Assembly (NCBI GenBank): GCA_001643675.2
Contig: LSRY02000032.1
Coordinates: forward strand, 1,054,001 to 1,118,000
DNA length: 64,000 nt
Direction: 5' to 3'
Source: Monocercomonoides exilis PA203
Lineage: Eukaryota > Protista > Preaxostyla
The notes beneath the pieces are model-generated. The model was not told where the DNA came from. It saw only the letters and a list, made by a program, of their open reading frames with translations, and ran no database searches. Both the position numbers and the translations under genes were made by a program. Below, piece after piece: positions 11,205-25,237 of this stretch (position 1 is its first letter; each line of letters starts with the position of its first letter).

Positions 11205-14200
11205 CTATCCACTTAATATCCAATTCAATGAGGCTTGTTTGTCTTCGTCAAATGTATTCCACAGATCTCTCATTGATGATAAAGGAAGGCATTTTTTCAT
11301 TTCCAACGCCATTTGCCGCAATACATTCATACTTGCCTCAGCAAGGCTACCAGTGCCATCAATGGAGACAATTATTCTGAACAGAGTCAGCAGTACAGGA
11401 ACAGCCGGCGACGATTCAGCAAGACGAGAAGGAGATGAAAGAGTTGCAGTCACAAGTTGCAGGAGTGCTGGGTCGTTTCCGCCTATAATGCTGATGTGGC
11501 GCCGCTGGAGGAGAATGAGGAAGAGCTTGTGGTTCCATTCAGCCTCTTCGCTGTCGTGTGACAGAGGCAGGTTCGCCAGCCACAAGGATGTCATTGCTCG
11601 GCTCTGCTCTTCTCTGCCAGGCACGCCCATGAAATACATCGCATTCACCTTCATCAGCGCAGACACCGCATTCTCCTTCGCCATCCAGAAGTTCGTCTCC
11701 TCCACATCGTCCATCTCCTCGTCGTCTTCCAGTGCAAGCACCGCTCTTTCATCTGCTCCTCCTCCTCCTCCTCCTCCACTGCTGATGCTGCTGCTGCTAG
11801 CGTGTGTTCCATCTGAATCTCCCTCATTCATTTCACTCAGCCTCTTCGCTTTCTGCATTGCCCACTGCACTGTTGCCATGAGTGCTCCTGCGGCTGCCTC
11901 TGAAAAGGGCTCAAAGATGCCCTGCCCGAGCAACGCAGAGATGCCCACCGCGTAGCAGCCGTTGTGCAGCGTCACCTTCTCCTCGCTGACCCACTCGTTT
12001 CGGATGTCTGCATTCGCCAGGAAGAACGGGAGAAGAGCAGGCAGCCACGCCTGCACGGCACTCTGGCAGTACTCGAGCATGGTGGCAGTGATAAACAGCG
12101 AGCACACTCTGTCTTGGCCATCGGGACTGTAGTCAGAGGAAGGGAACTGGGCAGAGGAAGAGCCAGGCACGGAGGATGGGGTGGTGGAGGAAGAGGAAGG
12201 CATCAGTGTTGCTGAGGATGCTAAAGAGGTGGATGAGAGGAGAGGGGCATATGTTGCCAGAGTGATGGGAAGTGTGACACATGACTGTGTGTACAGCATC
12301 TCTGCCACAAGCGGTGCGAATGTGGCAAAACAGCGTGTGAAGTCCTCGCCAGTTGTTTTGATGACCATTTCGCACAGAAGATCAATTGCCTCCACAACAC
12401 TCTCTTCTTCAGACAGTTCTTCTTCAGTCTCCACCTCTCCCTTTCCAACCGCCTTGTCTGCCTCCTTCTTCTTCATTTGCGCTTTCAGAATCTTCATCTT
12501 CAGATCCGTCGGCGCGCTGCCTGCCTCTCTCTCTATCCTTTCTGCCTCGAGCTTCTTCTCCTCTGCCTCTGCCTCTTCATCCTCCAGCTCCTCCTGAATT
12601 GAATGCCTTCTGTCTCTTGCTTTCCTGATCTGTGCTTCTATAAACACTGTCAGACTTGCCATGTCCAGTTTGCCTGCTGTGCTCGGCACGCAGCTGAGTG
12701 AAGTGTTCCCTCCCCAGCAGCACACATCCAAAAAGCCGTCTTTGGATAAATAGAGCCCGTTCTCTGCAGAGTAGAACTCCTCTTTCTTGCCCAGCGTCTT
12801 CAGCAGATCGGGAATGGATTGGGATTCCAGCGAGGCTGCGGAGGAAGTGAGCAGAGAGGAAGGGTTGGATGGAGGGATGACTGTGTGTGGAGAAGAAGGG
12901 TCGCTTGCACGAATGAGCGGGTTGAGGGCAGACAAACTCTCAGAGATGCAGTTGAAGCAGGCAGCACGGTCAGAAGAGGTGGTGAGTTCTTCGTCGTTGA
13001 TGATGGCGATGAGATGGGGCAGCGCATTCATGAAGAGGTTCATCGGGTGGATTCCATCAGGCGGAGGAGGAGGCAGCTCAGGAAACGGAGGAAGTTTCGA
13101 AAGAGCAGCAGCTGAGACAGAAGCAGATGGCGATGAAGAAGAAGAAGATGATGATGATGAAGATGCTGATGCTGATTCTGCAGCTCCCACTGCCTTCTGT
13201 GCTGCCTTGTATGATTTGAACATGGGAAGGTTGAGGCTGTCCAGGAAGTCTGAGTCGTCATCCACTGGGCACAGACACGTGATGCAGTCAATCAGCAGGT
13301 CGCATCCGTCAGACACAGGCGCAACGGTGTCTGACTGGTCAACTGCTTCCTTCAGAATGTTCACTGCCACAACTGCACACTGCGCCACGTGGCTGATCAT
13401 AAACGGGCCCAGCCGCTGGCACAGCATGCACAGCAGACGCAGTGCCACTTCTCTGTCGTGCAGGGCATTCCCTGCCTTCTGCATGTCTTCACTCGCACCA
13501 GCTGATCCCTCTTCGGTGACAGACGTCTGCGCAGCGTCGTTTTCAATCACTGTTGAAAGAGGCACCATTTGGCTGGCAGAGTCCAGCAGACTGGGCAGCA
13601 CATGCTGCACCAGAGGCAGTCCTCGTGGGCCGAGCAGATCAATCAGCCGGACGAGTGTTGCACGAACCATGTCCTCACGCGAGTCAAACAGCTCACACGG
13701 CACACGCTCTGCAGTTGGTGCGCCCAGCATCTGTGTCTGCTGCGCCTTCTCCAGCTGCTGCTGCTTCTGTGCTGCTGCCTTTCGTGCTTTGATTTCTTCA
13801 GACAGGCCAATCAGCACCTGAGTGAACGGCACAACACACTCTGCTGCCTGCTCCTTCCCAACTGCCTTCATCAGCGTCATCATGCAGTCGATGGCGTTTC
13901 CCTGGCATTCTCTGTCGTCTGCGCTCTCCACATTCTTCGCTGCCACAAACGGCATCAGAAACCCGCTCATCGTGTCAAACAGTGGGGCAATGGACCCTTT
14001 CACCTTCTCAGCAGTTGCAGAAAGCAGAGAAAATGCCTTGTTTCTGGCAGACTTGTACTTCTCGTCGGGTGTTGTGATGCAGTCAGCAGCAGCCTTCATG
14101 ACATCATTCATCAGCGCCTCCATCGTCTCCTTCTCAGCACACTCAGCCAGCTCCAGCAGTGCGTCGATGCCTTCCTTTGCAACACGTGGGAATGGCTTCA

Positions 14201-16576
14201 GCTGCGCGCTAGGCGAGTTCAGAGCAGACAAAACAGCTGCGCCGCACCGGCGGACCTCCTTTTTGCTGCCGACGAAGTTTTTCACCTGATCACTCAGCGA
14301 CTTCACCACGCAGAAGGCACCGCACATGATGCGCAGATGGCCTGAACGAACAGCATCGAATGGAGCAGACGGAGTGGAAGGAGCAGAGGAGAGGTCGAGG
14401 GGAGTGGAGGAGAGTGGCGATGGAGAGGAAGACAGGGCAGCAAGTGCAGAGGAAATAGCATCGCACACGAGAGTGACAATGGTCTTGATGTTCTCCTTCG
14501 ACAGACACTGCGACAGGCCAGGGATGATCGCTGCCAGCTGAACAAGAGCAAACCAGCGCTGTTTGAGATCGGCGGAGACGAGCATCCCGCCGACAATTGG
14601 AAGATGGACAGTTTTTGTGTGCTTTTCTGTGGGAGTGTGTTGTCATTGGTGTGAATGGAATGAGAGAAGGTAGGAATTCAATGGGGTGTGTTTCATTTGT
14701 GAGTGAGAAATAACAAGCGAGTGAAAATTGCATGAATAACATATGAAAATGAGTGTTATGTGAAAAAAAAAACAAAGAAAACGAAAGTCAAACCGAAAGC
14801 ACACGACACTCTGTGAAAGGCTGCAATAACAACGTCAAATACGTTCTCTGGATCGTCATCCTTCAAAATAAGGAGAAGTTGAATTGATATCACACAAAAA
14901 ATCAAATAAAGTTAATGGTTGAAAAAGAGAGAGAAAGAAAGAAATATAAATAATAAATGAGGGGAAAAAAAGAGAAAGAAAGATTACGTGTGATTATTAT
15001 AAATGTTTTCATGTTCTATCAGAGCCGAGTGAGTAACTTTATTCATACCTCATCAGTTTCTGTCCAATCGCTGCTTTCCTTCACCAAATACATCATTTTC
15101 GTTAGGCAAGCTGTAAAGCGCTGATAAAAGTCTGTTTTCATCATTCGTTTTTTGAATGCCACAGCCAGCACAACTGCAAATTCCACAGCAATGTTCCTCA
15201 GCTCGCCCAGCTTTTCGAGCATTGAATCACTCACAACAACAGGAGTATCAATTGGCACATTGGCAGTTTCTGAATAAATGATGTCAAAAAAAGCAAAGAG
15301 AAAGAAGGAGAAAGAAAGAATGAATGAATGAATGAGAAAGAAAGAAAGAAAGAAAATATTAAATGAGCAAAAGGAAGAGTTATAGAAATCACATAAAAAT
15401 GCAGTATGGCAAAATAAAATTTCATAAATAATTCTCTTTTTAGATGATGCGTGTTCAGTTGATGCATTTGCACACCATTTCTTTGCTTTCGCTGTGTTAT
15501 TTCAGTTGCCTCTGTCACAACAGCCGTGTCGATGATGTGTATCATTGAATCGACTGTATTTGTGAGTATGTCCTCAAAAAAGGCTGCTTTGGCATTGCAC
15601 ACGTCAATCATGAGAGAGATGTACTTTGTCGTGGACTCGTAGTTCCCGCTGGTTAAAGATGCACCCAGCACTTCCATCATCATCGGGGCTAATCGCTTGA
15701 ATTGGGTCAATTGCGCTCTTTTTTGTCCAACTGCCTTCAGCATACTTGCAGCAGCCTGAATAGCTCTTTGAGGCACCTAAATAAGTGAAGTGTCAAATTT
15801 CGTTTTTAAAAAGTAGAATGAGCAAATACACATAACAGATATGATAAAAATAAAAGCAAACTACTTCGCTTTGCTTATCTTTCAGTGCAAGCTCAATTAT
15901 ATTTATCAGAATTGGCACATGTTGCAAAAAAAACTGGGCATTATCGTATACAATCTCTGAAAATACTAATAATGCACCTTCTCTAACAAGGACATTTGGA
16001 TTTTTTGTCCATTCAAATAAAGTTGGCAACAATTCAGGCCATTTTGAAGCATCTGAATAATATAGATAGACAATTTGCATAAGCAATTTTTTTCTGAAAA
16101 TTTGAAAAATATCGCAAAATTCAACCTTTTTCTATAATTACAGATCCCATTTCCCCCAAACAATATGCTAATTGATTGTGAATTTCACGAGGTAATGAAG
16201 AGTCCAGAAAATATTTGATAAATTCGTTTTTTAACCACTGATAAGTCTCACCACTTATTTTGAACACAAGAGAAGGCATTTTCTCTGTGTCTATAAATTC
16301 ATGTCTCAAAGTTATCAAGCAATAAAGTTGCACCTGGAAAATTTATGTAATTCATTAATTATTCAAAACAATCATGTTTCTGAACACTTTAGCATTCAAA
16401 CAAACCTTAGATTCTTTAGAAAATGTGATCATACTAACCATTGCCTTTACGTATTGATCTGGGGAAGAATCCATAAGCGTTGACAAGTCTTTCACAGCTG
16501 GCTCTCTTATAAGCTTATCTTCGGATGAAGTATTCAAAATTGTTTTTTCAATGATGGATAAAAAAGATGCATCCAT
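11205..16576 (-). CDS. Importin-beta family karyopherin (importin-4/importin-5 type), about 7 exons
   Basis: IBN_N-like start (..EDKLIREPAVKDL), KWPELLPTLFEW..REGALLVF, acidic loop WTETDE|DDDPENVFD..FHRVSCAF, C-terminal AKENAVSALMKV..WLANLPLSHDSEEAEWNH; six GT-AG introns in 14627-16405. Confidence 0.88.
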
Positions 16577-16789
16577 GTTTTAAATGTTTTTACAAAAATT
16601 TAAACAGCAACAACAAAGAAAACTAATTATTAAAATTTTTTGTGACTTCAACTTTGTTTATGGTTGCCGCACCATAATAACATTATTCAAAAAGTCTTTG
16701 AATTATTCTTCAAAATTGAATTTGATGCAAATGTTCATTAAAGCAATGTACATAAATAAATTGAAATAAAAATTCATGCTTTTTATAAT

Positions 16790-18187
16790 TTAAATGTTAA
16801 TAAAAAAAGCTGATAAATCTCTAAAAACTCTGTTTTCAGGTGCATTAATATTTGACTCAAATGTGCTTACGATAGAATCTTCTAAACCCTTTTCCTCGTA
16901 TTTTTCAAATACCATTCTCTTTGTCATTATCCATCTTGCTTTATAGTTTTCCTCCTCCATCTCTTCGCTCAATCTTTTTGAAAGCGTTGAAAGGAAATAA
17001 TCGCACACGCTCACAATATTTTTATCCAATATTGTTTGGCTAATCTCATCAAAAATGAAATCAAATGCACCATGTCTCAATAAATCATTGATGTACTCTT
17101 TTCTTTTTCTCACTATCAACTCGAAAAACATTATGCATTCGATTGCTATTTTTTTGCAATTCTCCTTTGCTTTCTTCCACAACTCGACCAAATGTTCTAT
17201 TAATCCTTCAAAATCATCACTCTTCGCTTTCGTCCTCTCCACGCATGATTCAAGAATTATAATCCATCTCATTATTTCCTCATGTACATTAATTTCAGTG
17301 TATTTTACTTGTTCTTTTTCGTCTTGTTTCCAATTCACATGACTTTCCAGCTCTTCCAACTCTCCAATTGCTTCTTTCACAAGATGCAGCTCGTTTAAAA
17401 CAGTTTGATCAATTTCCTTGTCTTTAAAAATTCTGTTTGCAATAAACTCGCATGCGTATCTGTGAGCAAGATAGGTGAGATTGTGATGCTGTTGGTGAAA
17501 CTTGATGATGTCGGTAAACTCGTTTAAATATAACTCTTTATCAACATACTTTGCAAATTGCACATAAAAGTTATGAAAATATTTCAAATATATTAAATAT
17601 CACACATCAAACGAAGGAAAGCAGCTCAAAGCCAATAAAGCGATTTCAACTTCTTTTTTTGCTTCTGAGCTTTCGTCTTTGTAAGAAGCAACCTTCACAA
17701 GAAAAGGAACACATTTGGAAATTGCTTCCTTTGGAAAGCTAAACATATCTAACATCAGATAGCACTCCCAAAAAAATGTCTGAATCTTTTCAATAATTTC
17801 TCCTTTTAAATAATCTTTTTCGAAAAATATTTTCAAAAATCTTTTTCTCAATAATGATTTTGAAAAAGATGTGTTGTATTTATCATTCATCATCTTAGAT
17901 ATTCCAAGATGCCTTAGAAATTGAAGGATTATTTCCATTGGTAATTTCTTTTCTTCGATCAGTTTATCAATTTTATTGAGGTTTGCTTCAGTGAGAATTG
18001 ATAAAAGCTCCTTTTTATCTAATTTGTCGACATATGCACATAATTCATCTATTTGAAGCGGCTTCTCAATGTTAATGCAATTACATAAAGTGTAAATTTT
18101 TCCTTAGACAATTATCAAATATTGATTCATTTAGTTGTCTCAGATCTGGATGTGAAAAATGAGCAAACCATCAAACGTATCCGTCAT
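16790..18187 (-). CDS. Lineage-specific helical (ARM/HEAT-like) multigene family member, 3 exons
   Basis: MTDTFD|GKIYTL..IEEKKLPME..CVPFLVKVA..KEVEIALLALSC..|..HHNLTYLAHRYACEFI..VFEKYEEKGLEDSI; colinear paralog at 34033-35455. Confidence 0.75.
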
Positions 18188-18849
18188 TTATATCTGTTGA
18201 AATGTTGAAACAAACAAAAAAACCAACAAAAACAAATGAAATTTATACGGTATTATGAAAAATTGCATGCACCATGAATTCGTTTTCAATTAAAATTTTT
18301 GGTAAAGCTAAAAAATTATTTTTTATCATAAAAGCTGGATTTTAATAAATGCTCAAAAATACCGAATTAAAAGATTTAATAATTGTCAAATATGCACAAA
18401 ATTGTCAAGATAGATCCTCCTTTAAAGCATACAACGATTTGCAGAATCAACTTGATCTGGATCAAATATATATTGTTCCTGATCGTTGATAACAGAAAAG
18501 TTTACTGAATCTGATTTCTTTCTCTTTTTCCTGTGATTTGAATGATTTGAACTGTTGCATATGCAAATATTTTGCATCAAAGAAAAATGATTTTTTTCAA
18601 AGAAACTTTTAAGAAAAAATACATTTGCAAAATAAGTTGCTTTTTCAAACGCAAAATGTTGAATAATATTTTTTTGTTAGTGAAGTGAAAACATATACAA
18701 GACGATGTTTAGTACAAAAGAGTGGGGGAAAAAATAAAAATAATAAGTTGTAAGTGTTCTTTGCACCTGACAACAATACTTCTATAAAATTGTTTGGAAA
18801 TAATATGTGATGTGATGAATGGTTAGCAATAAAGAGGAATTATTCTAGT

Positions 18850-21800
18850 TTAGCTGTTGAGGCTGTGAATCAATCCATTGAAAGCTGAATCTGGATTGGC
18901 CAACAGATTAGCGGGGCTATCCAGCTCTGCCACGTGTCCTTGGTCCATCACCATAATTCTGTCGCTGTTCATAATTGTGTTCAGTCTGTGTGCAATCACA
19001 ATCACTGTCTGTTTGACAAACACTCTGCGGATAGTGTTCTGAATCTTCGCATCAGTCTCCACATCAACATTCGCTGTTGCCTCGTCCATAATCACAATTC
19101 TGCAGTTGTTGAGCATGGCTCTTCCAAAGCAAATAAGCTGTCTTTGCCCTGCACTGAAGTTCGACCCTCCCTCAGCCATGACGGTGTCAAGACCAAATTC
19201 CAATCCCATGACAACATCCTTCATCTCAATAAGCTCCAGCACTTCCCATATTTCATCATCACTGCGCCTTCCGCCAATATCCAAATTGTATCGAAGCGTT
19301 CCAGAAAACAATGTTGGATCTTGTGGAATAATAGCAATGGATCGTCTAACTCTGCTTAAATTAACTTTGGATATGTCAATATCATCAATAAGCACTCTAC
19401 CACTGTTGGGGATTTCATTCGGATCTGGGTCTATGGGGAATCCGGTGCTGACATCAATCATCTTTGGCTGCAGCTTCGGATCAAGTTCGATAAGTCTAAA
19501 GAGAGCATGCAGAAGAGACGACTTTCCTGCTCCTGTTCGGCCGCACACGCCAATCTTTTCTCCACCTCTGAATGAAAACTGCACGTTCTTCAGCACAAAT
19601 GGCAGGCCTGGACGATATCTGAATGTGACATTGTCGTATTCGACTTTTCCTTCTGATGGCCAGTTTTCTGGTGGGTCGATTGCTCCGTCTTTCTTTGTGT
19701 GGTCCAACTCCTGTGGAAGCTGTGTGGAGTAGAACTTGATACGCTGGTAGCTGGTCATACGCGAGTCCAGCTCAACATTCTGCTGCACAATCTGAATTCC
19801 AAGCATCCCAAATGTCATGGCTGATGAGATTGCAACACCAAGCTTGGCTGGCTCCATGAAGAACCACCCAAGGATGACGACACCTGCCATAAGAATCGTG
19901 GAAATGACTGAGGAATACAGAGTGGCCCACTTCTGCCCTTCTCTGAACACAATGAATCTCACGTTCCATTCATCGTTCAGCTTGTAGAACTTGTCTCTCC
20001 AGGCGTCTTCCAATTTGTATGTTCTGATGGTCGAAAGGCCAGCGCCAGTGACTGTCTCGCTGAAGTGCGACAAGACTGGCGATCTTGACATCGACTCCAG
20101 ACGCTGAAGATTCCTCGAGGCACGCGAATAGACTGTCAGCACCAGGTAGTACACAACCAGTCCGGGAAGGCCAATAGCCAAGAAGAATGGCGTGTCCACT
20201 GCCACAATGACAACCTGCCCAATCAGCGCAAGCCACATGGAAATGACCTGCAGAAGCATCGAAGGCAGCTGCTGATCGATTTGTGGGATATCTCCAGTGA
20301 ATCTGTTCAGAATACGACCAAGTGGCGTCGTATCGAAGAAAGACGAGGGGCAATGAAGCACACGATCGAGAAGATTCTGATGGTTCAAGTTGTTGGAACG
20401 CTTAACCATTGGCCCCACGATGCATGCACGGAACATCAGGAAAACGAATGTTCCGAGTGCGAAGAAGCCGTAAATGCCAATCTTCCAGTCATAAGAGATC
20501 GATGGATATTGTGATGCTGTACCAATCACGCCCATCCAATATTGTGCCATCACCATAACAGCATCCGTGATGAGCATCAGCAGGAAGAAGAGAGGCACTC
20601 CCCATGCAGGCAGCAACGAAAGCACATAGCTCATATACACTTTCATTGGAACAGTTCCTGTCTCCTGCTCTTCTTCAGTCATCAGCTGCTTACCTGCAGC
20701 AGAATCAGCTCCTTTCAGATCTTCGTCTGTTGCGTGTGTCTGCTTCTTCTTTGCAGCATGTTTGTCTCTCTTTCCGTGGCGATGGTGGTGATGATGTCCC
20801 TTTTCGTCCTCTTCGCCTTCTCCTCCTTTGATGATATACTCGCTGAAGTCAATTCCCTGAGCTTTCAGCTGCTCTTCTGTGCCTTGTGCAGCAATTCTTC
20901 CTCCAGCCAGAAGCAAAATGTTGTCTGCTCTGTCTAAGAACTGAAGCTGGTTTGTCATCAGCATCACTGTCTTGCCTTTGTTCTTCAGTGAGTCCATGAT
21001 GCACTCATCGAACAAGAACCTCCCCACATGTGCATCGACAGCTGAGAGTGGGTCATCCAGAATGTAAATGTCTCTGTCTGAATACAACGCACGTGCCAGC
21101 TGAATACGAGCTTTTTGCCCTCCACTCAAGTTCACACCTTTCTCACCAATTTCTGTCTGGTCGCCAGCTGACAATGTCTTGAAATCAGGTTCAAGAGCAC
21201 AGATTCTGACGACTTCGCGATATTTCTCTTCGTTGTATTCAGATCCGAATGTGATGTTTCCTCTGACGGTGTTGTTGTTGATCCATGCTGTTTGTGCGCA
21301 GTATGAGATATTCCCGTCGACTTCAATTGTTCCTTCCAGCTTCTCTGCATCGCCAATGATGGCTGCACCCAGCGACGACTTCCCTGAGCCAACACCTCCC
21401 ACAACCATCGTCAAAGAGCCCTTCGGCAGTGTGATATTCACATCCTGAAGAACTGGGCCTCTTTGGTGTGCAGATGAAGAGGGTGACGGAGTGGGTGACG
21501 GAGATGGTGAAGTCGATGAGAGAGGAGTGGGAGAAGGAGAAGGAGAGGTTGAAGGTGCAAACAAGTTGTGGTTTGGAGTTGGGTTGAATACTGAAGGTGT
21601 TGACTGGAAAACAGACAAAGGAGTGTTTGGCCAATTGGCAGCGCCTTGCATTGGAGGTGTGGATGTACCAGCAGGAGAGCCAGTCTTCTGCGCAGAGGCA
21701 TCTTGTCCAGCTGGGCTGTATTCTGACTCTGGCTCGAGGACATTCGATTCAGCTGAAGAGGAAGAGGAAGATGAGGAAGATTCGGCATCTGTTTTTGATT

Positions 21801-24084
21801 CTTCTGATGAAGTTGCAGCAGAAGCAGGTTCTGTAACAGCTTCTGTTTGTTTATCAGAAGCGCCTTTTGCTTCTGTTTGTTGAGTGGCCTCAGCGGCTGA
21901 CTCCGACGATGTTGCATCTGAAGCAGCATCTGGTGTTGTGCTGACTGAAATGGGCTCTTCAACAAACACAGCTGATGGGCGGACAACAGCTGTTCCTGCA
22001 TTTGATGGTTCAGAAGCTGAAGAAGAAGAAGAAGAAGCAGATGCTGATGCTGATGCAGATTCAGTTTCTTGAGTTGAAGAAGATGGTGATGATGAAAATG
22101 AGGTTTCAGATTGAGCAGAAGCTGCTTTGGTGTCTTCAGCAGGCACTTGAAGCTCAACCACAACTGGTCCCTTTCCAAACAAAGATGGAGTCTCTTCTTT
22201 GTTTTGTGACTTATCTCTCTCTTTCTTTGCTTCTTCCTTCTTCTTTGCTGCCATTTTCTTCTTAAGCTCTGCTTGTTCTGCCATTGAAAGTGGGATTTCC
22301 GGTGGATCGCCCCATTTGAATGCACCGTTTCGAATCTGAAGCGCAATTGTTGGGTCGTTTGGCTTTTCTCGTTTCTCAATGATCAATTCCGGCAAGAGCA
22401 TAAAGTCCTTAATACGTTTGACTGACACATTCATCAGCCCAACACCTTGGAAAATCATTGGCATCATCGTTGTTGGTTGAGTCATCATAATCAAATAACC
22501 CAAGTTTGTCATAACTGAAACAGCAAACATATCCTGTGTGATATGTTGTGTGTAAATGTAAAGTGCGAATGTTGTGAGATTCACAAGTTGAGAGGTAATA
22601 CGCATAAGTGCATTCACAATTTGCATGATGGTCATCATGACTAACACAGTATCTGTCTGCTTCAAACGTGGCTCATTAATCTTTTTGGTAAATACTTCTT
22701 CTAATCCTGTATATTTCACAACACGCATTGCCTGAAGAGTTTCGTTCGTAATCTTATTTCTTTGATCGTTCAAACTTAAATACTCTTTCATTTTCATCAT
22801 CATTTTTGAAACCAGCCAAGTCTATTTTTAATGGTTTTTTGAAAAAAGAATAATTATAAACGAAAAGTCTTTTAAAATTGATATCAAACCTCAAGGGGCA
22901 GAAGCAGAATTACAACTGCAAATGCCATAAATGTGCAAACTCCAAACTCGTACAGCAAAAATCCAAATGGTACAAAGAATTGAACAGGAAGCCATATCAT
23001 CATCAAAAACATTGGCATCATTTCAGCGACTGTTCTTGAATCAGCGGAAATAAGTGTCAAAAGTCTTCCTGTATCAATGTTGCTTTGAGATGTAATGTTC
23101 AACAATAGCGTTTTGTCATAAATAAGTCCGACAAAAGCCGCTCTCATTTGTGATGCAAAATGGAAAAATAATCTATTTCCCCATGTGTCAAACAATGAGT
23201 TCAGCCAAGGGCACAAAATTAAGATAATTGCTGACGCATATGGAAATGTATTGTCTCCAAGAAATCCATGAGACATATCGTATAATGCCTTCTTCATAAC
23301 TGCTTCAAGAACAGTTTTCATCATTCTAGGCTGTACCATAGCAAACCCAATTCTGAAAATCAAAAATAAAATGGAAATTTAAAGAATTTTTCCGAAAATC
23401 ATGAAAAGAGGAACAAACGAAAATAGCAACAAAAAGGTTGCAAGAACAATGCTCGGAGTGATAAGAGCCTTTACCAGCGGGAAAATAATAGAAGGCTGGC
23501 TCGGAGGTTTCTTCTTTAAACTGCAATCATAAAAAATATTATGGATATTTCTAATCAATGAAGAAAACAAACTTTGGGTCCTCTGCTTTTAATTGTTCGT
23601 ATTCTTTTTTCTCCTTAAGATATTTTTCATATTGAGGCTCCCAGATTCTCCTGAAGTGAGCAGTTGCCTTTTCCGTGGTATCACGAGAGTCGACAACATA
23701 AATATCCTCTTCAGTAACAGGTGAAACTCTACAAACAAACGGAAAGAAGAAGCAGAAGAAGATATTAAAAAAGCAAAAATGTTCCTCTTCTCTATTTTTC
23801 TTCCGAATAAATTCCTTTTTCGGTTCAACAGGCTTTGATTCTGATTTTGTTTCTTGTTTTGTTTCTTGTTTTTCTTCATGAATCTCTTCGAGTTTTGGTT
23901 CGGGTTTTGTCGGTTCCTGCTTTATTATTGATTCCATTTGATCCTTTTGTTCTAATTCCGCAGTAGTCTCCTGAGGAGATGGCTCGGGATTAATTTCATT
24001 TTCTTTTTCGGGATAAGGCGTAATCTCATTATCAGCCGTTTCACCTTCCGGGGTTTTTTGAATTGGTTCGTTCGTTTCGCTCAT
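18850..24084 (-). CDS. ABCC: ABCC/MRP-type ABC transporter (short form, no TMD0), 4 exons
   Basis: NBD1 GGVGSGKSS, LSGGQKARI, ILDDPLSAVD; NBD2 GRTGAGKSS, FSAGQRQL, IMDEATANVD; TMD2 FFDTTPLGRILNRF; three 5' introns join the 23551, 23326, 22884 and 18850 ORFs. Confidence 0.95.
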
Positions 24085-25237
24085 CAAAAATAATTATCCA
24101 GAAAAGTGCAACCCATAACTTTACGATTTCCACGGATCATATTCCGCGGGAGAAGTTTTTCCATATTTATAATTGTGGGTCATATTTTCCGTTTGTCATA
24201 AAATATGGGTTCTAAATTTTTTAGATTGTTTTTGCGAAGAACAAGCTTTTATCAATTTGTTATTATGATGACGATATTTGTGATTTTGTTTGGAGCATCA
24301 TATTTCATTTATTTGTAATTTTCTACCACAATAATTTGTTTCATTTTTTCATCATTTTTTCATCTTAAAAAACAAGTAGAGGACATGAAAAGGTATTGTA
24401 TTTCTTATCTGCGTTAATATTAAATTGATAAAAAAATATTTTCAATAATTAGTGAAAGTTCATAATTTTTCTTTGATTTATTATCTTTGCAAAATTTTAT
24501 TCGATTTTAATTAGCTTATATATGTAGATTAAATTTGTAAATGCTTTTAATGTATTATTTCTTGTTGCGTTTTGGCTTTCACGAGATCAAGCATGCTTGT
24601 TAAATGATGAAATGTTGCCATAATATTTTTATATTTTTTATAAATTGCACTAAACTTTTGTAAGCTATTAATTTGTAAACGGTAAAATAACAAATCTATA
24701 ATAATAAAATCAACACAATATTAAAACACAAATACATAACCTTTAAACAATCCCAATTAATTGTTTGGAAGTGAATTATCAACAGAAACAGAAGAAATTG
24801 CAATTTTGCAACAATATTCGTTTCGTGTGTATTTGAGATACACGAGAATAATATATATTTTAAAAATCTGCTCATTTAAAGTTCTCCTTCATATTTGTTT
24901 TTCAAGGTAATGTTATTAAAATAATCAAAAATTGATTTTTCCTCATTCAATTATTCTTCGGCTCGTTTGATGCAGCATCACAGTCAATTATATCAACATC
25001 CATTCAGACGGTTCTGTAAATTTTCATCTTATCAATTATCTTTATCACTCTTAGCTTTCTCAATTGTACTTGGAATGCAGATAAAGCTTTGCATTTATGT
25101 GTCTTCTAAAATATTCCTTCATCAACATCTGCCCAGAACTGCAGCTATTTTCAGAAAAGCGAGCGACTTTCATCTCGAAAAGACATCTGAAAAAAGACAA
25201 TCGAATCAGATTTCTAACATTGCATGTGAAATGACAC

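Noticed and set aside
24105-24215. AACCCATA..TATGGGTT inverted 8-mer and GGrTCATATT repeats upstream of ABCC as another MITE
   Set aside because: Too short, oriented opposite to the ATAT|GG..CC|ATAT elements and without supporting copies; may be promoter sequence.
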